From positions 1 through 60,600 of IMG/VR virus record IMGVR_UViG_3300024428_000003: 60,600 nt of DNA, one strand, 5' to 3'. This stretch comes from a virus. Taxonomy: Duplodnaviria > Caudoviricetes. The notes below the pieces were generated by a model. It did no database searches. It was not told where the DNA came from and saw only the letters and a list, made by a program, of their open reading frames with translations. Shown here piece after piece: positions 1 to 10,186 of this stretch. The position numbers and the translations under genes are program-made. How positions within the stretch are numbered: the stretch's first letter is position 1; the number at the start of each line of letters is the position of its first letter.

Positions 1-266
1 AAGCGGGGACGACGAGGATCTTACAGTACATAAATTCGCAGAGGAAGCAATGTATAAATACATAGCTCACGCGATTTTAGCAACGAGAATCAATACTCCG
101 GAATACTTAGTTAATAGATTTAAAAGAGAATTAGCTGCCGCGAGACGTAATACAAAAATAAGATTATCAAATATTAAAATAGAGGAAATTGCTCAAGTTA
201 TGCGCAATAAGTCCAAAATCATAAAACACTAGAATATGCCAGAATTAATTCACACGTTTACGTCAG
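1..266. repeat. Terminal direct repeat, copy 1 (assembly overlap of a circular or permuted genome)
   Basis: Matches 60335-60600 except at positions 37, 139 and 264. ORF 50..232 is the duplicated 3' end of 59655..60566. Confidence 0.97.
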
Positions 267-3200
267 GGAGAATGAACAAAGACCTTGATGAGCGTTTAGT
301 TCCAAATGGCGAGTATAGAGATGCTCTAAACTTAGAAATATCTACGTCTGACACAGGTAATGTAGGTGCTTTGCAAAATATTCAAGGTAATACGCCTAAA
401 ATATATAGCTATAAAAATCCAAGCACAGGTGTTTACACCGAATGGGGATCTGGTTATATAAACGCTTTAGTGTCCCCTGTTAAAATAGGTGAAATAAGAG
501 ATGCAATAAACGAAACCATATACTGGTTCATATCAAGTGTAGGAGTGAGTGCTATTGCGGAGTACGACCAAAAAACAGAAGTAGTTGTCCCGGTTTTAGT
601 AGACACACAAGGTATATTAAATTTTAGTAAAGATTATTTAATAACAGGTATAAATATAATTGAAGATTTATTATTTTGGACAGATAATCAAACTGAGCCT
701 AAGGTAATAAATATAAATGATTTTAAAAGCGCTACTTCCCCAACCCCGGGCTTAACGGGAAACTTTTTCACTCATACGGTATTCAATGGTAGAGATTTCA
801 TAGAAGAGGACATTACTGTTATAAAGAAAGCACCAACGGTCCCGCTTAGCTTACAGCTGTCTGAAACACGAGCAGTAGATCAAGACGGTAATCCAGCTAT
901 AGTTGAAACTACAACTCAACAAAATTTTGTAACAGAAGATCCTGGAGCAGCTACTGGTAACTGTGTAGATATTACTTGTAGAATTCCTATGCAAATAGGG
1001 GAGGAATTAACTTTAACATGGGCTAGCTCGCCTTATCCTTTTTATAGGGTAGGTGATATACTAACCTTAGACGGGTCTGCTGTAGATGATGAAAATTTTG
1101 AAAACGAATATCAAGTAAGAGTAGAAGTAATGGCTGTCCCTCCAGGGGTTACACAAACTTATGCTGAAGTAAAAATACTTGTAGTCCCGGAAACTGTACA
1201 AGATGTAGAAATATTTTGGGAGGTTAAAATTGATGAGCCACCATTTTTTGAATTTAAGTTTCCAAGATTTGCTTACAGGTACAAATATAAAGATGGATAT
1301 TATTCAACTTTTTCCCCATTCTCTGAAATAGCATTCTTACCTGGTGAATTTGATTACGAAACAAAAAAAGGGTATAATCTAGGTATGGTAAACCAGCTTA
1401 GGCAATGTATCATAGAAGGCTTTAGACCCTCTAATATACCTTTAGATGTTGTTGAAGTAGATCTTTTGTATAAAGAAAGTAATAGTACAAGCGTGTATGT
1501 AGTAGATACATTCATTAAGGGTGATGATATATGGAACGCTAACGAATTCAATATAGAATCTGAAATCATATCTTCAATATTGCCGTCTAATCAGCTATTA
1601 AGAAATTATGATAACGTACCTAGGGTAGCAAAATCTCAAGAAATTACCGGTAATAGAATAGTCTATGGTAATTATCTTCAAAACTTTAATTTAAAAGATC
1701 TGTTTAATATAGATGTATCTCCTACTTTAACACAAACTATTACTCATAATGACAAATGGGACTGTGACTACACTAATGGCAGCTGTGAGCATACACTAAC
1801 GCTGGCAGGTGAAAGTTTACCAAAAGTACCATTCCAATCTATAAAATCGCAGAGAACATATCAAGTAGGTGTAGTATTCCAGGATAAATATGGTAGACAA
1901 ACACCGGTTTTTACATCGGAATCTGCTGCAACAACATTACAAAAACCTGAAGCAATTGAGTATAACCAAATAACAGCTCAAACCGATGGAAATGTCCCTA
2001 TTGGTTTCGAGGGTTTTAGATACTATATAAAAGAAACATCTAACGAGTATTACAACCTAGCTATGGACAGGTGGTACGATGCTGAAGACGGTAATGTTTG
2101 GATAAGTTTTCCTTCTGCAGAAAGAAATAAAGTTGACGAATCTACGTTCTTAGAGCTAAAGAAAAGACATGACAAAGACGAATTTGTATCAATACCTGCT
2201 AAATACAAAGTAGTAGCTATTTCAAATGAAGCGCCTCTGTTTTTAAGAAAAGTAATAAAAGTTGCAGGTAGTGTTGACGGCAGTGATAATATACTTGACA
2301 CTGGAATACCTCAACCAGATTTTACAGCTATAGATATAAAAGAAGATGCCCTAGAGGCTAGCACAGCTAGATCTATATTAGATTCAACGCAAAAGCAAAG
2401 AATAGTAAGAGTATATACAACTACAACAAGAAGTAATTGGTATAATGTAACTAGTATTCAAACCGACGGCAGTAACACGCTAAGAATAACAATAGAGGGT
2501 AAATTTGGGGACGACATGTCTTTCACTACCGACGCTAATGGTAATAAAGTTGTTGGGTTAAATGTACAATTTGCTACAGAGGATTTTGATGATAAACCAG
2601 AATTTGAAGGTAGGTTTTTTATTAAACTATATAAGGATTCAACTTTACAGGAATATATATTATCATCTATTAACTCAAATAATTATGCAGTAAAGCAATC
2701 TTTAAAAATGGGTTTTATTGGCACTGGTGTTAATAGAAGTTACATTACCGGAGGCTGGGGTTATACCGGTTGGTTCGTAGATCAAGGGTCTGTAGCTAAT
2801 GCCAACGGCTCTACTGGCGCTGCTTATACTGTAGGAGGTAATGATATTACAGTATCTTTCACGGGTATATGGCCACAAGGTGCAGATTTTAATGTAGGTA
2901 GGACAGTCTACAATCAATACAGAGATGCTGTAGATATACTTTTACAAGTTGGCGGTCTTTTTAGATTTGAGGAGGATCCTGATCAAGTTATATACGAGAT
3001 AACAGCGACCAAAGAATTTCAAAGAGTTAGGAATTACGAAAATAATTCAAAAAGAAACAAATACAACAAGGGATCAAACAAGAGAACTAGATTTCAACTT
3101 AAAGTTAAACCTATTGATACAGTAGCTAACGGTACTGGTTTATTTCAAGGACCCGCTGGTTGGTCTTTTCCTAGAGGAGGCAATCGCCCTATGAATGATG

Positions 3201-6067
3201 CAAGCTCACCTCGCATGGAGTTTTTAACCGTGCTTCCTGACACAGTAACTTTTACTAGTGATAATCCAGGTATATTTGAAACAGAGCCTAAAGAATCAGC
3301 TGAATTAGAATTATATTATGCGGCTTCTAAGGTTTACCCAATGAGTGAGTATGGCAACCCTCATATACTAGACTGGCATAATTGTATATCTTTTGGTAAC
3401 GGGGTTGAATCAGACAGGGTACGTGATGATTACAATGCGGTCACTATAGACAATGGCCCTATAGTTTCAGCCACTTTAAAAGAGCCTTATGCTGAGGAAA
3501 GAAGATTAACAGGTTTAATATATTCTCAAATATTTAATTCAACATCTGGTGTAAATAACCTAAATCAATTTATACAAGCAGAAAAAATAACTAAGGATCT
3601 TAATCCTATATATAGCTCTATACAAAAATTACATTCAAGAGATACCAATTTAGTGGCTTTATGCGAAGATAAAATACTTCGTATACTCGCTAATAAAGAT
3701 GCGTTATTTAATGCGGATGGTAACTCTAATGTTACATCTAACAATAATGTATTAGGGCAAGCAGTTCCTTACGCAGGAGAATTTGGCATAAGCAAAAACC
3801 CTGAAAGTTTTGCTTCGTATGGATTCAGAACATATTTTACTGATAAAAACAGGGGTGTTGTTTTAAGATTATCAAATGATGGCCTTGAAGATATATCTAG
3901 GTATGGTATGGGTGACTTCTATTCTGATAACTTAAAGCAATCTCAATACTTATGGGGCTCTTTTGACGATGATAAAAAAGCTTATAATTTATGTTTAGAT
4001 GGACTAACTGATGAATGGGCTAGTAGATTTCAAGATAGATTTTTTATAAAAGGTAATTGGTCAATATATACTCCTAATAATACAGTGGTATCTTTTAAAG
4101 AAGAAGTGAAAGGCTGGGAAAGCAGAAAAACTTTTAGTACAGAAGGAGGTATAAGTTTAAATGATAGATATTATACTTTTAGAAACGGTAGAATGTGGGA
4201 GCACAGAACAGCTGATTCTGTAAGAAACAATTTCTATGGCACTCAATATGATAGTTCAGTTGATTTCTTAATCAATGAAATGCCTAACGTAGTAAAAAAG
4301 TATAAGACTTTAAATTACTCAGGTAGTAAATCAAGAGAATATGTGTATAGCAATGATCAATACTCTAACCTATCTTTAGCAGAAGTAGAGGCTTTACAGT
4401 TGCAAAGTTTAACTTCTGAAACTTTATTGCACGAGGGTTGGTACACTCAGTACATGAACACAGATCTTCAAAATGGGTTTATAAAACAATTTTTAGATAA
4501 GGAAAACAAATATTTCCAATACATAAAAGGAGAGGGCAAATATTTCACATCCAACGATAATAATAATTTAGATTCACAGGAGTTTCCAATGCAAGGTATC
4601 GGTAGAGCCAATAATATAATAGCTCCTCCGGTAACTGTATTTAATGTGCATGTATTCGGAGAACCTGATTGTGCCATTCAAATACAACCCCCTAATGCTG
4701 ATAATAAATATTATGAAGTTTTAGAAGATTGCACATCTTGTACCGTATTGACATTGACAGGTAGCGACCCACAAGGCTTCCCACTTACATACGAGATTGC
4801 ATCCGACAACACTCTAAATGGGGTTTTAGGCGCTGTTAATGGAGACGAAATAATTTTTACGCCTAATGTATTAAATTACTATGGAGGAGCCGGCAGTTTC
4901 ACTTATAGAAGTTATAATGGATCTAGATATAGTTCTCCTGCTACTGTAGATGTTGAAATAATATCAGTTCCAGAAGGGCCTGTTATAAACTCAACGCCTC
5001 CAGCTGGTCCTTTTACCGCTGGTGATCCATATAGTTGGACAGGTATAACAGCAATAGATCCTGATCATACTTTATCAGAATTGGGGTGGAGCGTATCTAA
5101 TTTACCTTCCACTTTACAGTTGACTACTACAGGGAATGGTTTTACAGGAACAGCATCAATAACAGGGACTGTACCACAGGGCACATTCTCATACACTATA
5201 ACTGTTACTGACCCAGATAATCTTTCAGATAGTTTGCTAGTCGAGGAAGATGGCTTAGTTGCAGCTTTATTAAATCTAGATTTTGTGGCGTTTACAGGAG
5301 GCTCTGTGGTACCAACCACCTGGACAGATCCAAATGATCTTACATTTGTAGTTCCTCAAAAACAAAAAGCATCCAGTGGTCATTCGTGTGGTAGAGGTAC
5401 TTATAGACTGGTAGCTAACAAGCATGTGAATGGAGGTGTTGTAATTGGAAGACTCTATGTTGGTAACAGAGGAACCACTTATTTCGATTCACTTACCTTA
5501 GATGCTAACGGTAATCCAAATAGCCGAACTGGTGATCCTTATTCTCACCCACCCGGGGTGGGCAACCCAATACCAAGTGCTGTAGCTCAAGGAAATATTG
5601 ATGGACTAGGAAATCCCACCAATGAGCTGTACGCTAATAATGAGCCTGAATGGGGTAATGATCCAAATAATAGTTTACAAAAATATGTCACTCCAGCTTA
5701 TGGTAGTAACAAACAAAACTATAGAATATCGTATTTAAGTTTAACCGAGGACCAAGCCCAAACTGTAGCTAATGATTTTCCTGACACTTTTAATAATTGC
5801 TATGTTACATTTACATTTGAACCTGATACTTATAATGCAAATGGAAGTTTTAATACTCACGCGGACGCAGTTCAATTTTCAGTGATTCAGAAAGGTTCAA
5901 CTGCTGGAGAGCAAGGAGGTCCTGAAATATTTTCAGGAGGACTAGGTACATCTGGCAATCAATGTCAAACTGGGCAGCCTTGCGATCCGGCTCTCTTTGC
6001 TTATGTATCATTCGACGTTTGCACAGGCGCGTATTTACCTGATTACGATCCACTTAATCCAACTTAA
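236..6067 (+). CDS. Tail stabilization/nozzle-type protein with C-terminal Ig/cadherin-like extension
   Basis: 1943 aa. N-terminus RMNKDLDERLVPNGEYRDALN is typical of crAss-related tail stabilization proteins. Follows the tail ring genes. C-terminal repeats LTGSDPQGFPLTY...SFTYRSYNG and ITAIDPD...TITVTDPD. Confidence 0.75.
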   Translation: MPELIHTFTSGRMNKDLDERLVPNGEYRDALNLEISTSDTGNVGALQNIQGNTPKIYSYKNPSTGVYTEWGSGYINALVSPVKIGEIRDAINETIYWFISSVGVSAIAEYDQKTEVVVPVLVDTQGILNFSKDYLITGINIIEDLLFWTDNQTEPKVININDFKSATSPTPGLTGNFFTHTVFNGRDFIEEDITVIKKAPTVPLSLQLSETRAVDQDGNPAIVETTTQQNFVTEDPGAATGNCVDITCRIPMQIGEELTLTWASSPYPFYRVGDILTLDGSAVDDENFENEYQVRVEVMAVPPGVTQTYAEVKILVVPETVQDVEIFWEVKIDEPPFFEFKFPRFAYRYKYKDGYYSTFSPFSEIAFLPGEFDYETKKGYNLGMVNQLRQCIIEGFRPSNIPLDVVEVDLLYKESNSTSVYVVDTFIKGDDIWNANEFNIESEIISSILPSNQLLRNYDNVPRVAKSQEITGNRIVYGNYLQNFNLKDLFNIDVSPTLTQTITHNDKWDCDYTNGSCEHTLTLAGESLPKVPFQSIKSQRTYQVGVVFQDKYGRQTPVFTSESAATTLQKPEAIEYNQITAQTDGNVPIGFEGFRYYIKETSNEYYNLAMDRWYDAEDGNVWISFPSAERNKVDESTFLELKKRHDKDEFVSIPAKYKVVAISNEAPLFLRKVIKVAGSVDGSDNILDTGIPQPDFTAIDIKEDALEASTARSILDSTQKQRIVRVYTTTTRSNWYNVTSIQTDGSNTLRITIEGKFGDDMSFTTDANGNKVVGLNVQFATEDFDDKPEFEGRFFIKLYKDSTLQEYILSSINSNNYAVKQSLKMGFIGTGVNRSYITGGWGYTGWFVDQGSVANANGSTGAAYTVGGNDITVSFTGIWPQGADFNVGRTVYNQYRDAVDILLQVGGLFRFEEDPDQVIYEITATKEFQRVRNYENNSKRNKYNKGSNKRTRFQLKVKPIDTVANGTGLFQGPAGWSFPRGGNRPMNDASSPRMEFLTVLPDTVTFTSDNPGIFETEPKESAELELYYAASKVYPMSEYGNPHILDWHNCISFGNGVESDRVRDDYNAVTIDNGPIVSATLKEPYAEERRLTGLIYSQIFNSTSGVNNLNQFIQAEKITKDLNPIYSSIQKLHSRDTNLVALCEDKILRILANKDALFNADGNSNVTSNNNVLGQAVPYAGEFGISKNPESFASYGFRTYFTDKNRGVVLRLSNDGLEDISRYGMGDFYSDNLKQSQYLWGSFDDDKKAYNLCLDGLTDEWASRFQDRFFIKGNWSIYTPNNTVVSFKEEVKGWESRKTFSTEGGISLNDRYYTFRNGRMWEHRTADSVRNNFYGTQYDSSVDFLINEMPNVVKKYKTLNYSGSKSREYVYSNDQYSNLSLAEVEALQLQSLTSETLLHEGWYTQYMNTDLQNGFIKQFLDKENKYFQYIKGEGKYFTSNDNNNLDSQEFPMQGIGRANNIIAPPVTVFNVHVFGEPDCAIQIQPPNADNKYYEVLEDCTSCTVLTLTGSDPQGFPLTYEIASDNTLNGVLGAVNGDEIIFTPNVLNYYGGAGSFTYRSYNGSRYSSPATVDVEIISVPEGPVINSTPPAGPFTAGDPYSWTGITAIDPDHTLSELGWSVSNLPSTLQLTTTGNGFTGTASITGTVPQGTFSYTITVTDPDNLSDSLLVEEDGLVAALLNLDFVAFTGGSVVPTTWTDPNDLTFVVPQKQKASSGHSCGRGTYRLVANKHVNGGVVIGRLYVGNRGTTYFDSLTLDANGNPNSRTGDPYSHPPGVGNPIPSAVAQGNIDGLGNPTNELYANNEPEWGNDPNNSLQKYVTPAYGSNKQNYRISYLSLTEDQAQTVANDFPDTFNNCYVTFTFEPDTYNANGSFNTHADAVQFSVIQKGSTAGEQGGPEIFSGGLGTSGNQCQTGQPCDPALFAYVSFDVCTGAYLPDYDPLNPT

Positions 6068-6069
6068 TA

Positions 6070-7713
6070 ATGGCATATAATAACTTTACAGTATCTGATT
6101 TCAATTTTAATGAAACTCAAGGAGACGACTTAAGCACAAACGGAACAATAAGACTTACTATAACACCAGATGATGGATATATTGTATTAGCTTCGGATTT
6201 TAGCTTAATAGCGCCGTTCCCAGCCGGGATAGACCCTAGTTCTGTTAGTTTTCAACAAAGCGGCAGTTTGGTATTTTTAGATGTAAACTTTTTAGCTGGC
6301 ACTATAATGCCAGGTAATGATGTAGAAGTACCTTTGTGTTTAAATGGTTTTGCTAGATTTGCCCCGTATTCAGTAGAGGGCATTGTAAATTTAGGTACAC
6401 AAAACGCAACACCTGTATCTCAACAATACGCTTATTCTCAAACGGGAGATTTTACTCAAACAAAATTAGTTTGGAATCAAACCATACAAGCTAATGCTGG
6501 ATTTTATTTTTACCAAGCACCTATAGCGGCCATAAACACGGGAGACCCTTCGGCTTACAGTATTATAACAACTGAAACGTTAAACCAATATAACGAATTA
6601 ATAGCTGTAACATACGATATAAATTATACTTTTCCAGCTAACTCTGTTACCGGCGATATAATAAACATACAAGCATTAGCTATTCCTTCTGTTGGAAATA
6701 CAACATACATTAATGCTTTCAATGTTAGCGGGGTAGGTAATTTTAACCAACCACCAATACCTAACGCAGGAGACACTAGAGTGTTAAATCTTTTTGGTGA
6801 CCCAACCGCTACATTTAGCGCTAGCTTGTTTTATCAAGATGGAACAGGTACTGAAATTATTATAGCTACAAATGAAGTAATGCCTAGTAATGGTCAATAT
6901 TCTAGTCCTAATATTGTTTTTCCTCCATCTGCCGATGGCGAATCACCTTATAAAATAATAATCACAGGCGATATAAATCCAGCTACAGCTAATCCTGGAT
7001 CATCAGATATCACATTAAGCTTTGCACAAACAGAAGAGGTTACATTCACTATATCTGCATTTAGTTCCTCTGGTGACTATAATGTCTCAGGATCTCCTGA
7101 CACATTTATAGCTGTACCAAATTACACATATCAACCAGGTGACCAAAATTCATTTGAATACCAGTTTATGATTACGGCTGCTAACGGAAATGATGTATCT
7201 AAGCTCGCTGACCATACCGCTAGTTCGTTTAATCCGGTTATTCCAGATCCAGCGAATCCTGGTACTTTATATTCTTTAAGCAACCCGCAGACAATTAACG
7301 GTCAGCTTGGCGATAGCGTAAAAGTAAAAGGTACCATAACGATACAAGCAACACAAGATGTTCCAATAGCGCACGCTTTAGATGTAGACACTTTTATTCA
7401 GGACGACGGTCCTCCGGGGCCTGGAGCGTGGATTGCAGCTTTATGCGTTGACCCATCTGATACTATTTTATTAAGCACAACACAAGCTTATTCTATAGCA
7501 TCCGGGGGAACTACAATTGCTACAATGACTAATTCCTATGCGCAAAATGATGTTGTATGGGCTGTAAACGGGCCAAATGACGAAAGAGAATGTAGAGAAT
7601 TAATAACTATAGATCTGCAAGCAACACCTACAAATTATCTTGACGAGAGAGCTAATGGTAATACTGGTAAATACAGCGATTGCTCTGGACCTAATATGTG
7701 CGTTGCGCCGTAA
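6070..7713 (+). CDS. Putative tail or receptor-binding structural protein
   Basis: 547 aa, beta-strand rich (T/S/N/P/G), in the tail module. Confidence 0.55.
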   Translation: MAYNNFTVSDFNFNETQGDDLSTNGTIRLTITPDDGYIVLASDFSLIAPFPAGIDPSSVSFQQSGSLVFLDVNFLAGTIMPGNDVEVPLCLNGFARFAPYSVEGIVNLGTQNATPVSQQYAYSQTGDFTQTKLVWNQTIQANAGFYFYQAPIAAINTGDPSAYSIITTETLNQYNELIAVTYDINYTFPANSVTGDIINIQALAIPSVGNTTYINAFNVSGVGNFNQPPIPNAGDTRVLNLFGDPTATFSASLFYQDGTGTEIIIATNEVMPSNGQYSSPNIVFPPSADGESPYKIIITGDINPATANPGSSDITLSFAQTEEVTFTISAFSSSGDYNVSGSPDTFIAVPNYTYQPGDQNSFEYQFMITAANGNDVSKLADHTASSFNPVIPDPANPGTLYSLSNPQTINGQLGDSVKVKGTITIQATQDVPIAHALDVDTFIQDDGPPGPGAWIAALCVDPSDTILLSTTQAYSIASGGTTIATMTNSYAQNDVVWAVNGPNDERECRELITIDLQATPTNYLDERANGNTGKYSDCSGPNMCVAP

Positions 7714-7729
7714 ATAATAATATAAAAAT

Positions 7730-8071
7730 ATGGACGAAATAACATTATTATTCCCTAACCCCCTAAATGTATCAGTACAAATAGGAGACATAGCTTATTT
7801 TACGGATTCACCTAATGTATATGAAGGTCAAGTTTTGGAAAAGATAGGTTTAGTAAAAGGAATCAATCAAGGGTTAAACGCTATAATATGCGAAATATCA
7901 CCTGCTCAACAAAGACCAACTGTTAATAGCTTTATATTATTTCAAAAAGATAATACAGCTAACGGTGGATCTCTATTGGGTTACTTTGCTAGAGTGCAAT
8001 TTAGAAACGGAACCACAGAAGAGGCTGAAGTGTTTTCTGTAGGGTCAGAGATATTTGAGAGTAGCAAATAA
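7730..8071 (+). CDS. Small virion structural protein (hypothetical)
   Basis: 113 aa, co-directional with the tail module. Confidence 0.55.
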   Translation: MDEITLLFPNPLNVSVQIGDIAYFTDSPNVYEGQVLEKIGLVKGINQGLNAIICEISPAQQRPTVNSFILFQKDNTANGGSLLGYFARVQFRNGTTEEAEVFSVGSEIFESSK

Positions 8072-8102
8072 CATGTAATAATAATATATAAACTATACAG
8101 AT

Positions 8103-8759
8103 ATGATAGGAGGATTAATAAGCTCTGGTCTGTCAATAGCCGGAGGATTAATCGGTGCTGGCAAGAGGAAAAGAGAAATGCGTAAAGCGCAACAAGAATA
8201 TAATCGCCGTAAGAGACAGTACGAGGACTTAGATACGTCCAATGTATATGCTAACATGGAAAATACCATGGAAGATCTTACAGTCAACCAACAAGCCGCT
8301 CAGTTTCAAGCAGAACAAGAGCAACAAGGTTTGTCTAATATAATGGGGCAAATGCAAGGAGCTGCTGGTGGATCAGGAATTGCAGCTTTAGCACAATCAT
8401 TAGCAGGACAACAATCACAAAACTTACGTAGAGCTTCCGCAGACATAGGACAACAAGAAAGACAAAATCAAGTTGCAGAAAGACAGCAAGCTGCAAACCT
8501 ACAAATGTATGAAGCAAAAGGTGAATTAATATCTAGGGATGCTGAAAAAGACAAAGTGGAAACTATGTTTGGTATGGCTCAAGGTGACTTAGCTCAAAAG
8601 AAAGCAGCTGTTGAAGCTGGTAAAGCTAAAATAATGGGGGGCATTGGAGGAATAGCTAGTGGTGTTCTTGGTGGTTTTGCCAGTGGTGCAATAGGTAAAG
8701 GAACTGGATTTGGCGATTTCATGAGCGGAGCTAGTAACGGAGGCCAATCTCTGTTTTAA
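8103..8759 (+). CDS. Putative DNA ejection/pilot protein
   Basis: Gly-rich hydrophobic N- and C-terminal helices with a Gln/Ala coiled-coil core. First of three genes of increasing size, as in podovirus ejection clusters. Confidence 0.65.
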   Translation: MIGGLISSGLSIAGGLIGAGKRKREMRKAQQEYNRRKRQYEDLDTSNVYANMENTMEDLTVNQQAAQFQAEQEQQGLSNIMGQMQGAAGGSGIAALAQSLAGQQSQNLRRASADIGQQERQNQVAERQQAANLQMYEAKGELISRDAEKDKVETMFGMAQGDLAQKKAAVEAGKAKIMGGIGGIASGVLGGFASGAIGKGTGFGDFMSGASNGGQSLF

Positions 8760-8772
8760 ATAATATAATAAT

Positions 8773-10182
8773 ATGAATAAAGAATTAGTACAGGGCGATT
8801 TAATAGCTAATGCTCCCCCAGCAAAAACCTGGGATGACAATCTTACAGAAGGGTTTGCAGCAGGGTATGCAAATCACAAGCTAATAATGCAAGAAGCTAA
8901 GGCTAAGAAAGACGCTATAAACTCGAAGGTGGCTGGTTATATTGATGCTTTAGACACTAATGTAGATGTAACTGACCTTACGCCTACACAACAAAATTCA
9001 ATTACAAATTATTTAGTAAAGCAAAGATCTGAATATGCAGACGCAGCAAGTAGAATAGCAAAAATAGAAGATCCTACTTCTCCTCAGTATATGGAACTTA
9101 GGACTAAGATAAATGGTATATCTCAATCATTCCAGAATTTAGCAACCCAAGTTAAATCATATAAAGAAGATAAAGCTTCTTATCTAAAAGATTTTGACAA
9201 TGGATTAATATCTGATGGCAATGAAATAAATACTCTAAACGAAGCGTCTAAGCTTTATACTAATGAAGCTAGCTTAGGTGTAGGAGAGGGTGGTAGTTTA
9301 GTTTTTTGGAATGAAGGCAAAGAAACTTACGATTCGTATAATCAAATTCCTAAGCCTTTCTTAAAAGACTTCGATGGGGCTAATCAGCTGTTAGAAATGA
9401 ATAAAAGTATATACAGTGCTGGTTCTACTCTTACAGGAGCTAGAAAAAATATGATTCGCCAACAACTAAATAACATACTAATTAAAGGCGGTAGAAGAGG
9501 TTTGCTTTCTCTAGCGTCAGACGATTTTATAATGCAAGGCGGATTAGGCTTAGAAGACCCTGAATTATTTGCTCCTGGTAATGACGATGATTTAAGGCAA
9601 GCAGTACTGGACAACTATATGAACGTATTAACCGATACAGCAGCTCAAGGAGCCAGGGATAAAAGACCATCTAGTAGAGGTGGCAGCGGTGGTTTTAGCG
9701 GGGCGCTAAAAGACGAAATAAATGTTTCTGGAAATGTTGCGGATAAAGCTTTGCAGTTTTCTTTGCTAGCGAAAGAAGCAACAGGTGGGAACGCGGTGGC
9801 TATAGCTAATCAAATGGCAAACATAGTAAATTCAATTGATCCCACGTCTACAAAAATATACGTAACAAAAGGGCAAATGTATGAAAAATTTATGGTAGGA
9901 ATGGACGAGGAGGATAGCCCAGATCTTAGAAAACAGTTTGTAGACCAATTTGGTAATTTTAACATGTACATAACTAACCCCGCTAAAGATCCCAAAGAAG
10001 ACGCCCGCGGTATAAACGTGAACACTTCTGATCCCAGGTCAATGTTTGAATTCTACATAAACAATTCAGACTTGTCCGCTAAGGCTAAGAACTACTATAT
10101 AGATTTGTACGGGAAACAAACTTCAGGTTCTCAAAATAACAACAACAACAACTCAAACACTGGGTCGCTAGACAATCTTTAA
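8773..10182 (+). CDS. Putative internal virion/ejection protein
   Basis: 469 aa, helical, between the pilot protein and the giant protein. Confidence 0.55.
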   Translation: MNKELVQGDLIANAPPAKTWDDNLTEGFAAGYANHKLIMQEAKAKKDAINSKVAGYIDALDTNVDVTDLTPTQQNSITNYLVKQRSEYADAASRIAKIEDPTSPQYMELRTKINGISQSFQNLATQVKSYKEDKASYLKDFDNGLISDGNEINTLNEASKLYTNEASLGVGEGGSLVFWNEGKETYDSYNQIPKPFLKDFDGANQLLEMNKSIYSAGSTLTGARKNMIRQQLNNILIKGGRRGLLSLASDDFIMQGGLGLEDPELFAPGNDDDLRQAVLDNYMNVLTDTAAQGARDKRPSSRGGSGGFSGALKDEINVSGNVADKALQFSLLAKEATGGNAVAIANQMANIVNSIDPTSTKIYVTKGQMYEKFMVGMDEEDSPDLRKQFVDQFGNFNMYITNPAKDPKEDARGINVNTSDPRSMFEFYINNSDLSAKAKNYYIDLYGKQTSGSQNNNNNNSNTGSLDNL

Positions 10183-10186
10183 TTAA

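Noticed and set aside
50-232. 60-aa ORF as a separate gene
   Set aside because: It is the duplicated C-terminus of 59655..60566 within the terminal overlap.
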